Source: an uncultured Planctomycetaceae bacterium
Lineage (GTDB): Bacteria; Planctomycetota; Planctomycetia; Pirellulales; UBA1268
Assembly: GCA_937900985.1 (NCBI GenBank)
Contig: CALCGM010000113.1
Location: 1 to 36,885, forward strand
Direction of reading: 5' to 3'
DNA length: 36,885 bases
Shown: one piece after another, positions 17,912 to 27,300 of the stretch
Position numbering within the stretch: the stretch's first letter is position 1
How the letters are laid out: every line of letters begins with the position of its first letter
The notes under the pieces: model-generated
Database searches by the model: none
Told to the model about the DNA's origin: nothing
What the model saw: the letters and a program-made list of their open reading frames with translations, nothing else
Made by a program: the position numbers and the translations under genes

Positions 17912-19468
17912 TTAGGGCGCGATCGGACGCAGTTCGCGGCCTGCTTCGTCAACCGGATACTGGGCCCCATGGGCTTCCAGGTCGGCGATCAGACCCCGCA
18001 TCATGTCCGCGAGTTTCAACGACTCAGTCTCGGCGAGGTTGCGGTGTTCGAAGGGGTCCTCACGCAGATTAAACAATTCATACCGCACCTTCGCCGGGTT
18101 TTGCTCGGGCAGGTAGTGGTAGACGACCTTCCAGTCGCCCTCGCGAAACACCGTGTAGTAGCTGCTGCGGTGGCTGTGCGGAAAGTGCATCAAAAACCGC
18201 TTCTCGCGGTCTGTGTGCACCGCTCCGGCAAGCTGCGGCGCGAGGTCGACGCCATCGACCACATGCGTCGCCGGCGGCTCCACGCCCGCAAGGGCCAGCA
18301 GGGTGGGGTAGAGGTCCATCACGGTGCCGAGCCCCTCATGCACGGAGCCCTCCGCAATCGGCAGCCGCTGCTGGCAGGCAGCTCCCGCCGACGGCTCCGC
18401 CCAGGCCGCGATGAACGGCGTCCGCATGCCGCCCTCGTAGTGTGTGCCCTTCTTGGCCCGCAGCGGAAACGAGCTGGCATGCCCATGCACAGGCCCCAGC
18501 GGAGCATCGCTGCCGTTGTCGCCAAGAAACAGGATCAGCGTCTCCTTCGCCACGCCGAGCGCGTCGAGGTGATCGAGGATGTCACCCAGAGACCTATCCA
18601 TGCCCTCGATCAGCGTGGCGTAGGCCTCCGCCGGCTTGGGCTTGCCCGACTCGGCATAGCTGCCCGCAAACCTCGGATCGGAATGAAACGGCGCATGCAC
18701 CGCATAGTGAGCCAAGTCGAGGAAGAAGGGCACGCCATCCTCAACGGCCTGGCTGATCTGCTTCTTCGCTTCGATCGTGAGGGCCTCGGAAAGAAAGGTG
18801 TCGGTGCCGTGGTAGGCCTCGAGATGGGGCACGGCACGCTTTGCATTGCCCTTGATCGCCCCGTAGCCATCCTCCCCGTAGTAGCTTCCCGGCTGGCCCC
18901 ACGAGCAGCCGGCGATGTTGGTCTCGAAGCCGAGGTTGTCGGGCCATTCCGAAGGCTCACCGATCGGCCCGAAGTGGGCCTTGCCGACAAACATCGTGCG
19001 ATAGCCCGCCGTCTTCAGGAGCCCCGGCAGCGTGACCGACGCGTCGTGCACCCCAGTCCAGTTCCACTCCGGAGGCCCAAACGGCCCACGGTTGTTTTCC
19101 TCCGAGCGAATCCACTGCGTCACGTGGTGGCGGGCAGCATTTTGACCGGTGAGGATCGACGTCCGCGTCGGTGAGCAGACGCTCATCGCATAGAAGGTGG
19201 AAAACCGCACGCCGCGGTCAGCCAGCCGCTGCATGGCCGGCGTGCGGTAGAAGTCGTTGAGCGGGTAGCGAACAGGCTCGCCATCGCCGTTGGTCATGAA
19301 AGGCACCGAGGTGTCCATCGGCCCCATGTCGTCGACGAGAAAGACGACGATGTTGGGCTGCTCTGTGCTCGCCTGCACAGCAGCCACAGCCGCTGTGCCG
19401 CAGAGCCCACAGACACCGAGGACAAGAGCGGCGAGCCCACCCGCCTTCACCATCCAACAGCTTTCCAT
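17912..19468 (-). CDS. sulfatase (formylglycine-dependent arylsulfatase family), exported, 518 aa
   Basis: PNIVVFLVDDMGPMD, the sulfatase signature SVCSPTRTSILTGQ (C-x-P-x-R), and GKAHFG. The signal-like N-terminus is MESCWMVKAGGLAALVLGVCGLCG. ATG at 19468 is preceded by AAGGGGGAG. The ORF-track start at 19531 would overlap the giant gene. Confidence 0.92.
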   Translation of the reverse strand: MESCWMVKAGGLAALVLGVCGLCGTAAVAAVQASTEQPNIVVFLVDDMGPMDTSVPFMTNGDGEPVRYPLNDFYRTPAMQRLADRGVRFSTFYAMSVCSPTRTSILTGQNAARHHVTQWIRSEENNRGPFGPPEWNWTGVHDASVTLPGLLKTAGYRTMFVGKAHFGPIGEPSEWPDNLGFETNIAGCSWGQPGSYYGEDGYGAIKGNAKRAVPHLEAYHGTDTFLSEALTIEAKKQISQAVEDGVPFFLDLAHYAVHAPFHSDPRFAGSYAESGKPKPAEAYATLIEGMDRSLGDILDHLDALGVAKETLILFLGDNGSDAPLGPVHGHASSFPLRAKKGTHYEGGMRTPFIAAWAEPSAGAACQQRLPIAEGSVHEGLGTVMDLYPTLLALAGVEPPATHVVDGVDLAPQLAGAVHTDREKRFLMHFPHSHRSSYYTVFREGDWKVVYHYLPEQNPAKVRYELFNLREDPFEHRNLAETESLKLADMMRGLIADLEAHGAQYPVDEAGRELRPIAP

Positions 19469-19479
19469 GATCTCCCCCT

Positions 19480-22400
19480 TCAGGCTGTGGCCACTCGCCG
19501 CCAACGAACACTCCTGGCGACCGCACCACACCCAAACACAGCAGTCGCCATCCCCACCAGTGGCAGCGTCAGCGTCAGCATACTGGCCAGGCCCAGCAGG
19601 ATCAGCAGCAGCCCCCCGGCCCGAGGTCCAAGTCGCCTCCAGGCCAGGCCACCGAACGTGGCCAGCACCCAGCAGCCGACGACCGCCGCCAACACAAGGG
19701 CCAGCCGCGTGCCGCGATCGACGAGCCGTGCATCCACCGCTTCCGCCGTGATCACGAGATCGCCGCGGGGCGTGGTGAAGAGAACCTCGCGGCCACGCGT
19801 GGGAATCGCCACTTCCAGGCTGGCCAAGCCTGTGGCTGGCGACTGCGCCGCGGCAACGCCGAGCGCGGCCGCGGCGGTGTCGTCGACGCCGCTGCCAAAC
19901 CAGCTGGTCCCGCCTCCCAGACCGCCACCCATGCCACCCAGCCCGCCCGCGCCGCCCATGCCGCCGGCAAAGCCATCGCTGCGGCCTTCGGGCAAACCGC
20001 CGCGACGGCTCTGCCGCAGCAGCGACTCCTCCGCCTCTTCTGCAAGCCTGCGATCTCCCAGGAAGCCACTGGCAGGGGCGTTGGTCGGCGACTGCTCGAA
20101 CTGCCTCTGCTGCTGACCTTCCAGCCCATCCCGTTCGAGACGAAGCTGATACCGCTGCACCTGATCGCGGAGTTCCACGGCCTGCTGCTGGGGCTCGCGG
20201 GTGGAAGCTTCGCCAGCCTGCTCACCTCCACGGCCGAGCGAACGCTTCTTCTCGATGTCTTCAAAATTGACGTCAAACCCAGGTCGTTCCGCGGCGGCTG
20301 CCGGATCCGCGACCTGCTTGGCGAGTTTTCGAACCGCAGCGGCACGCTCTCCGTCCGCCAGCCCGTCCCCAGCACTGCGACCAAAACGGTTGCTGTCGAC
20401 CCAAACACGATTGAGCGAGCTGGTCTCGGCCGCTCTGTCCTCCACGGGCCCCGGGGCCTCAAAGTTGAGATTCAGCTCCTTGACCACGTTCGTGCCGCGG
20501 GCCACCTGCTGGCCGTCGAAATAGGCCCGCAGCTGGCTTCCGTTGCCAGCGGCTGCCTCCATGGCCTCAGCCGGCATCTGCCCTGCCTGGGCTTGCGACT
20601 CCTCGACGATCGCCGAGTTGGTCATCAGCTCACGCTGCAGCCGATCGTTGCCACCACTCGCTCGGCCGGAGCCGCTATACGAATCGACGTAGCCCTGCAA
20701 CGACTCACCAAGCTGCAGGGCGTTTGTGCGAGCACGGACACGGGAGAAGACATCCTGCGACTCCGACGACGCGACCTGCATCAGCTGCTGCAGTTTCTTG
20801 TTTTGGTAGGCCAGAAAGTCGGCTGCGAGTTCGTCTGCATCGTCGGTCTGGCGGAGGGTGCCGTCGAAGCCAAACCAGCGGTGGGTTTCCGGCAGCCAGA
20901 GCCGCACCTGGCTCTGCTCCACATTGATGTTGATCGTCTCGAGAAACGGAAACCGCACCGACGCCTTCGTCCCAAGTGGCCCGAGCGTTCCTCCGTAGGT
21001 GAGCACCACGGCGTAGTCGAGGTCGCCTGCCTGCGTCTTGATCAGCGGAATGCCGACGCGACGACCGTTGTCGTCGTCCACCGCGGTGGGCTTCACCGGC
21101 TCGCCCGCGACCACCGCCGACCAGAGCGTGGCCCCGTCTGGGAGCTGCACCTCCAGCAGCTGCTCCGTCTTGTTGTCGATGCGGTATTCCTGGGTGGCTC
21201 GATACACACCGCCCCCATCCACCGAGAGCGTGGTCACGGCCAGCCCGATCCGAGCCCCCGCCGATTCGACCAGGCTTCGCGACCGCAGGCCGATGCCAAG
21301 CCGCGGCGCCACGGCGTCAGCCGCCACCAGATAGGCCTGCGTGGCGGTGCCGGGCAGGATGCTCGCGAGCTCTCGCCAGGCTGCCTGCTGGCGGCTGAGC
21401 TCCCGCACCCCCTCGCTCTCCGTGACCACGATCTCGTCGCGGCCCTGGTTTTCGAGCACCACGAAACGGTGCTCGGTGGTGCCCGTCTCAATCTGCGGCA
21501 CCGCCGCGGCGTGCGTTTGGTCAACGAGCGGCCCCGTGTGTTCGACGAGCACGGCAAGCGGGCCGATCACGTCGTCTTGCAGCTGGAGATGAAACCGCAC
21601 CAGGCCTGGCTGCTCGGCGACCGGCTCAACGGTCTTCTCCAAGAGCAGCGGCACATGCACCAGAGCGTCCTGCAGCGTTTCCGGCAGCAGGAACGACAGC
21701 TCACGAATGCCCGCCTCGGCGATGTCAAAACGCAGCAGCACTGTCTCGGCCAGTTCGCGGGGCGTGACCTGCACGTTGGTCAGCCCCACGGCCTTCACCA
21801 CCGGCTGCCGCCTGATCGCCTGAAAATCAGCCTGGAAGCCAGGCCCTCGTGCAAACACCGCGAGTCTGGCGAGCGTTCGCTGTTCCGCGGCAAGCCAGGT
21901 GAAGGTCTGCGGGAGGGGGATGGTCTCCGCGTTTTCCAGCCCAGCAACTTCCACGCTCACCGATGGATCCGCCTGCACGACCAGCGTTGTCGTCTGCCGA
22001 CGGGCGTCCACCACCACAAACGCCGGCGCGGCCACACGCATCCCGCCGTCGAGCGTTCCCGTGATCGTCGCCGACCAGGCCCCCGTCGCTCCGGCTGTCA
22101 GATCGATGACAAGCCGCGGCACGCTCCCCGGCACCACCGTCCAGCCCGACAGACCGCGGCAGTTGACCTGCTCCACGGTCACCCCCGCGGGCAGCTCCAC
22201 CTGCAGCCGATGCGTGGGCCGGTCATCGATCACACAGGCCAGCCTCGTCTCGAAGGTCGACTGCCGCTGGGCAATCCGCAGGAGGGTCTGCACGTCGACG
22301 GCCAGCTGCGACGCACGCGGACGGGGAGCGACCTCAAGCTCGAAGCGATCGTTGGCGAAGCGGTAGGCCTGGAAGGCCTGCACGGCCAGCGGGCTCTCAT

Positions 22401-25400
22401 CAGGAAAGCGATCGACCACGGCTGCGAGTCGGTCTGCTGGCGGATCGTCGCGAACGAGGCCCGCGGCCTGCGCCACCCGGAGATCGACCAGCGGCCCGCG
22501 ACGCAGCACCACAAACCCCTGATGCAGCACCGCCTCGGGCACGACAACAGCGGGCAGTCGCAGGGCCGCCTGCTCGCCAAACAGCACATCCACCGGCCGC
22601 GAAAGCCGCACCCACAGCTGCTCATCTCCCGACGCCGGCTCAAGCAGCGTGACATCGATCTGCTGGGGCGCTGCGGCATCGCCTTCCTGGCGGCGGACGA
22701 TCTCCCAGCCACGCACCTTCGGACCTTGCACCGCCTCCACCAGCCAGCCATCCGGCACCTCAAGCGTGAACACGTCTCGCTGCCCCTGCCGCACATCGAG
22801 ATCCACCTGCCAGGTGGCGTGCACCCCATCTTCACGGACGTCGATCACCGCCAGCGAGCGAGCGGTCAGCGCCTCATCGACACGAGCCGCCGACACCTCT
22901 GATCGCCACTCGACAGCAATCGACGCATCGGCCGCAAGCGCCGTCTGCAGCTGCTCGTCAGCCTGCTGCGTCTGTTGCGTGATCAGGCCGTCTGCTCCCA
23001 CGATCCGCAGTTCGGTCTGGGCGTTGGGCACGGTCAGCGCCAGCTGCGTGGCCGGGGCGGCAGGCAGCTGGCCCCGCACCGATCGCCACCCACCCCGCTG
23101 CTGCAGCGGCATGCGGATCACGAGATCAAGCGTGTGCCGGCCGATGCCTTCGACGGCGAGCACCACCAGCGGATCGACCGCCGGCGGCATCGCTGCCTGC
23201 TGTTGGGGCTCCTGCTCTCCGGCCGCCGGTGTTGCCGGCTCCACCAGCCGCAACACCGCCGCCTGGCCGTCGAGCGAGGCCCGCTCCAGCACACCACCGG
23301 TCAGTCGCAAAGGCAGATCCACGGGCCCTTTCGCGAAGACCTCCAGTTCCAGCCTGCCGCGGACCACGAGCTCCCCGCGGTCGTCGAGCCGAGAGGTGTA
23401 GGCCCCGCCTGCAAGCGCGAACGACGCGGGTGGCACGACCGCCGGCGACGCGTCGTCGCCCTCAGCGATCGCCTTGAGCCGGGTGTAGTGCTCGTAGGGA
23501 ATCAGCACCTTGCCGGCGGCTGCGAGGCGAGCCGCGCTCGGCAGACCACCGGCCTGCCCGGCGTCATCGCCGGCGCCGTCCGGATCGTAGGGGATGATCA
23601 CCGCATCATCGGGCACCGCCAGCGGGTGCCGAGGGTCGAGCGTCTCCAGGATGTCTGCGATCGTCAGAGCCGGTGCCGGCTCCGCAGGCTCCTCGCCGAC
23701 GACAGCGATCGCGGCAGCAACCAGCAGCAGCCCCACCACCACGCCCACCGCCCGCGGCGCTGCCCGCCGCGGCAGACGATGGGCCACCCATCGCACGGCG
23801 TCGATGACCGCATAGCAGGGGAGCAGCACGACCGCGACCAGGAAGCCAGGCTGGAAGAGGTCGTGCAGCTGCAGGCCAGCCGTCAGCTCAATCGCGATCG
23901 GAGCGGCCAGCGTGAGCACAACGCTGCACACGACGACCCACCGGCGAGCCCGCCAGCTGCCACCAGCCACCGCCAGCCCGCAGGCCGCCACCAGCACCGC
24001 GATGCCAACGGTGGCAAAGAACAGCCGGCTCTCCTGCACCAGCATGGCCGAGAGCCGTGGCTGGCCGCCCAGGCTGGCAAACGACACCCGGCGGCCCTGG
24101 TCGGCAAGCTCGATCGGCAGGCTCCGCACCCCCGCAAGCGCCCAGGCAAACGTCTCTGGCGAACCCTCGGGGATGGGTGTTGCAGGCACGAAATCAGCGT
24201 CTGGCGGCGGGGCTGGCTCGCTCAGCGGAGCCTCGACAGGCGGCTGATCCTTCGACTTCTCCTCGGCCATAACCTCATCGACCGCCATCTCGGCCTTGTC
24301 GACAGCCGCCGGCAGCTCCGGGGCTGCGAGCAGGGCCAGGGCGTTTTCAGTTTCCAGGCTGCGTGCTGGCGCATCGGTGGCGACGACCGAACGGCGGCCC
24401 GCGAGCAGGAGCGGGCTCTGGGCCTGCGGCAGGAGCGGCTTGAGCAACGGCGAGTGCCATCCGACACCCTCGATGCCACCACCGAGCTGCGCGAGCAGCT
24501 TCGCAGGTGTGACCAACGACCAGGGCCGCGCCGCCTCTGCGGCTGCAAACACGCTGCCCTCGCTGCGGACCACACGGTAGCCGTCGGGGAGCACCACCTG
24601 CCACTCGACATCTGCCAGCGGCACATCAAATCGCGTCAGGCCATCTTCGCTTCGCACAGCAAGCTGCGGCGCTTCCTCCGAAACCTCCCCCATCCAATCC
24701 AGGCGAGCCGACGGCCGCTGGTAGACGATCGAGACGTCCCGCAGCACATCCCCTCCCGGCTGCCCAGGCAGGCTGACAAGCAGGTCGTCGCCATCCCGCT
24801 GGGGCAGGGAGGGCAGGCCATTGATCGTCACCGACCAGAGCGTCGCTGCTGACGGGAGCGTCACCTGTAGGAAGGAGGCGTTGGTCCGCAGCAGAAAACG
24901 CGCCGCGGTCTGGCTCGTGCCACCGGCCCCCTGGAGCGTGACCAGGGCCGCCCGCTGGGTGATCGCCGTCGGCAGCCCGTAGCCGGGCCGCCGCTGGAGG
25001 GTTGCCGTGACGGATGCCGTGCCCGCAAAGCCATACACCCCGAGCAGCCGTCGCCCCACCTCCGCCTCCGCGTCGACAAGCTCACCGACATCAATCGGCC
25101 GCCCCGCAGTGGCCAGCGTCACGCTCAGCTCCGGGTTGCCTTCCACGGCCACCGCCGCCGTCTGGTAGCCGACCGCCTCTGCCGCAGCGCAGGGCAGCAC
25201 GAGCTCGGCCGTGCCTTCGACCGTGAGTGGCTCTTCAAAGTCGATCGCCAAGCCTGCCTGACCTCGGGTGCGGTCAGCCAGCCGTGCCGTCCAGATCCGC
25301 CTTCCCTCCGCCTCGCGGCTGGAAAAGTCGGTGACCTGCACCTTCCCCAGCCCCCGCAGGGAGATCGTCTTGGGGGTCGTGTCGGGGAGTGAAAAGCTGA

Positions 25401-27300
25401 GGCTGGTGGCCGAGGCCCGCTCGATGTCGTAGAGCAGTTCGGCGTGGGTGGCGACCGCTTCGTTGCCAATCCGGAAGAAACTCAACGACCGGGCGGTGAG
25501 TTCGGGTGTCTTCCGACTGGCGAGAAACCTCGCGGCCAGCAGCGGGCCCTCCAGCCGATAGGCAAACGTGCCCTCGTCGGCAGACAGCCCGAGCGCTTCG
25601 AGCTCGCGGCGGGCCAACGGAATCAGCCCCTCGATCCGCTCTGGCCGCACGGCGAGGTCGTCGGTGGCGGTGATCGCAATGGCCCCCTCGCCACCATCGG
25701 CTCCGGCAACACCGACAGCCGGGAACCGCACGGGCAGCTCCGTCCAGGCGTCGAGCCAGCCGTCAGGCACGTGCGTCGCCTCCAGGGTGAGCCGCACCGC
25801 GCCGCCGGCAGCCACCGGCTGTGGCAGCCCGACATGAATCCCGCCCGTGTCGTCTTCCGCACCGATCAGCGGTGCAAACGCAAGGGATTGATCCTGGGCA
25901 TCCGTCACCGCCGTCACCTCCCAGCCAGCCGGCAGCTGCAGCTCGACCGCAAACAGCGGGTCGACCCGCGGCGAAAGGGAGATGGTCGACCGCAGCCGCA
26001 ACTCGGCATCCTGCAGGGTCAGGAGCGTGGCGGTGGTGGCGTCGACGCCGGAGGCAGGACGAGTGAACTCGCTGCGGGCCGTCGCTGTGCTGTCGGCCGC
26101 CAGCCACGCGGCCACCGCCCGCGGCACTGAGCCACCCGGCTCCGGCTGCGCGACGCTCTTCGGGAGGATCTGCTCAAACACCGCCGTATCGATCGAGATC
26201 AGCTTCTCCGCCTCAAACGACTCGGCCTTCAGCCGCTCGTCGAGCAGGAGGCCAAGCACCGCGGTATGGCTGGTGACGCCGAGCGGCTCAATCCTCGGCA
26301 TCGTCCAGCTGCCGAGCATGGGCCGCGCCGCCGACGCTGTCACTGCGAAGCTGATCGTGTCGGTGGTCGGCTCATGCAGCTGCACGTCGAGCATGCTGGG
26401 CCCGCCATCGGCCGCTTCGAGCACCCCCCAGCGGGCCACCTCGGGAGCGGAAACCTCCGTCACCTCAAGCCCAGCAGGCAGCCGAAAGCGAAAGAGGTCC
26501 ACCGCTCCACGGAGCACCCGCATCGTCAGCACCGCATGCAGCCGCTCGGCCGACAGTGTGACCTCATCGACCACCACACTGCTCGCTTCCACCACCTGCT
26601 GGCTGGCCGTGGTGCGGTTATTCAGAGACATCGCCAGGGTCTGCTCGCCACGCACCACCGGCAGTTCAAAACGCGTCTCCTCCGCTGCCGGGTCGTAGGC
26701 TCGCGAGAGCACCGGAGTCCGCATCTCCACGTTGCCCGGCACCGTCAGCCGCAGCTGGGTGGCCGCCGGCGTCGGCACGCGAAACGACACCTGCTGCTGG
26801 GCTGCCGAGGCCTCGATCCTCGTGGTCGCCTCCAGCCTCAGCGAATGCCTGCCTTCGCCTTCCACAAAGAGCAGCAGCTGCCCGTCGTCGCTGCGGGCGA
26901 GCATGGCGGCGGCGTCATCAAGCGAAGCCGCCAAGAGCCCCACCCGCTCCAGCTCGAGCGAGACCGCGTGCAGGCCGGGCTCCAGCAGCTCAAGCTCGAG
27001 CGTCCCGCGGACGAACGCCCGCTCACCGGCCATCTCGACGCTGTAGTCGGCGGAGAGCAGCACGGCTTTCCTCGGCGGAGCCGTGCGAGGCTCCTCGGGC
27101 TTCGCCTTGGCCAGCAGATCTCGGTATTCCTCGCGGCTGACAAACACCCGCTCGGCCTGGCCGGCGAGCAGCAGATCGAGATCGGCAAAGGGCACGAAGA
27201 TCTCGCGGACGGGCGTGGGCTCGTCTGCGGAGGCGAGCCCCGAAAGCGCCGCAGCCCCGCAGCAGAGAAGCGGCAACAGCAGCAGGTGCAGGCTACGCAT
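19480..27300 (-). CDS. giant membrane-anchored envelope protein, two tandem ectodomain modules separated by a 4-helix TM cluster, 2606 aa, no known family recognised
   Basis: Uninterrupted 7.8-kb ORF with GC3 bias. ATG at 27300 gives a signal peptide, MRSLHLLLLPLLCCGAAALSGLASA, while the ORF track opens at 27459. An internal hydrophobic cluster lies at about nt 23700-24025 and a C-terminal hydrophobic cluster at about nt 19500-19705. Both halves resemble the upstream 1137-aa protein. The start overlaps the upstream stop by 8 nt. Confidence 0.8.
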   Translation of the reverse strand: MRSLHLLLLPLLCCGAAALSGLASADEPTPVREIFVPFADLDLLLAGQAERVFVSREEYRDLLAKAKPEEPRTAPPRKAVLLSADYSVEMAGERAFVRGTLELELLEPGLHAVSLELERVGLLAASLDDAAAMLARSDDGQLLLFVEGEGRHSLRLEATTRIEASAAQQQVSFRVPTPAATQLRLTVPGNVEMRTPVLSRAYDPAAEETRFELPVVRGEQTLAMSLNNRTTASQQVVEASSVVVDEVTLSAERLHAVLTMRVLRGAVDLFRFRLPAGLEVTEVSAPEVARWGVLEAADGGPSMLDVQLHEPTTDTISFAVTASAARPMLGSWTMPRIEPLGVTSHTAVLGLLLDERLKAESFEAEKLISIDTAVFEQILPKSVAQPEPGGSVPRAVAAWLAADSTATARSEFTRPASGVDATTATLLTLQDAELRLRSTISLSPRVDPLFAVELQLPAGWEVTAVTDAQDQSLAFAPLIGAEDDTGGIHVGLPQPVAAGGAVRLTLEATHVPDGWLDAWTELPVRFPAVGVAGADGGEGAIAITATDDLAVRPERIEGLIPLARRELEALGLSADEGTFAYRLEGPLLAARFLASRKTPELTARSLSFFRIGNEAVATHAELLYDIERASATSLSFSLPDTTPKTISLRGLGKVQVTDFSSREAEGRRIWTARLADRTRGQAGLAIDFEEPLTVEGTAELVLPCAAAEAVGYQTAAVAVEGNPELSVTLATAGRPIDVGELVDAEAEVGRRLLGVYGFAGTASVTATLQRRPGYGLPTAITQRAALVTLQGAGGTSQTAARFLLRTNASFLQVTLPSAATLWSVTINGLPSLPQRDGDDLLVSLPGQPGGDVLRDVSIVYQRPSARLDWMGEVSEEAPQLAVRSEDGLTRFDVPLADVEWQVVLPDGYRVVRSEGSVFAAAEAARPWSLVTPAKLLAQLGGGIEGVGWHSPLLKPLLPQAQSPLLLAGRRSVVATDAPARSLETENALALLAAPELPAAVDKAEMAVDEVMAEEKSKDQPPVEAPLSEPAPPPDADFVPATPIPEGSPETFAWALAGVRSLPIELADQGRRVSFASLGGQPRLSAMLVQESRLFFATVGIAVLVAACGLAVAGGSWRARRWVVVCSVVLTLAAPIAIELTAGLQLHDLFQPGFLVAVVLLPCYAVIDAVRWVAHRLPRRAAPRAVGVVVGLLLVAAAIAVVGEEPAEPAPALTIADILETLDPRHPLAVPDDAVIIPYDPDGAGDDAGQAGGLPSAARLAAAGKVLIPYEHYTRLKAIAEGDDASPAVVPPASFALAGGAYTSRLDDRGELVVRGRLELEVFAKGPVDLPLRLTGGVLERASLDGQAAVLRLVEPATPAAGEQEPQQQAAMPPAVDPLVVLAVEGIGRHTLDLVIRMPLQQRGGWRSVRGQLPAAPATQLALTVPNAQTELRIVGADGLITQQTQQADEQLQTALAADASIAVEWRSEVSAARVDEALTARSLAVIDVREDGVHATWQVDLDVRQGQRDVFTLEVPDGWLVEAVQGPKVRGWEIVRRQEGDAAAPQQIDVTLLEPASGDEQLWVRLSRPVDVLFGEQAALRLPAVVVPEAVLHQGFVVLRRGPLVDLRVAQAAGLVRDDPPADRLAAVVDRFPDESPLAVQAFQAYRFANDRFELEVAPRPRASQLAVDVQTLLRIAQRQSTFETRLACVIDDRPTHRLQVELPAGVTVEQVNCRGLSGWTVVPGSVPRLVIDLTAGATGAWSATITGTLDGGMRVAAPAFVVVDARRQTTTLVVQADPSVSVEVAGLENAETIPLPQTFTWLAAEQRTLARLAVFARGPGFQADFQAIRRQPVVKAVGLTNVQVTPRELAETVLLRFDIAEAGIRELSFLLPETLQDALVHVPLLLEKTVEPVAEQPGLVRFHLQLQDDVIGPLAVLVEHTGPLVDQTHAAAVPQIETGTTEHRFVVLENQGRDEIVVTESEGVRELSRQQAAWRELASILPGTATQAYLVAADAVAPRLGIGLRSRSLVESAGARIGLAVTTLSVDGGGVYRATQEYRIDNKTEQLLEVQLPDGATLWSAVVAGEPVKPTAVDDDNGRRVGIPLIKTQAGDLDYAVVLTYGGTLGPLGTKASVRFPFLETININVEQSQVRLWLPETHRWFGFDGTLRQTDDADELAADFLAYQNKKLQQLMQVASSESQDVFSRVRARTNALQLGESLQGYVDSYSGSGRASGGNDRLQRELMTNSAIVEESQAQAGQMPAEAMEAAAGNGSQLRAYFDGQQVARGTNVVKELNLNFEAPGPVEDRAAETSSLNRVWVDSNRFGRSAGDGLADGERAAAVRKLAKQVADPAAAAERPGFDVNFEDIEKKRSLGRGGEQAGEASTREPQQQAVELRDQVQRYQLRLERDGLEGQQQRQFEQSPTNAPASGFLGDRRLAEEAEESLLRQSRRGGLPEGRSDGFAGGMGGAGGLGGMGGGLGGGTSWFGSGVDDTAAAALGVAAAQSPATGLASLEVAIPTRGREVLFTTPRGDLVITAEAVDARLVDRGTRLALVLAAVVGCWVLATFGGLAWRRLGPRAGGLLLILLGLASMLTLTLPLVGMATAVFGCGAVARSVRWRRVATA

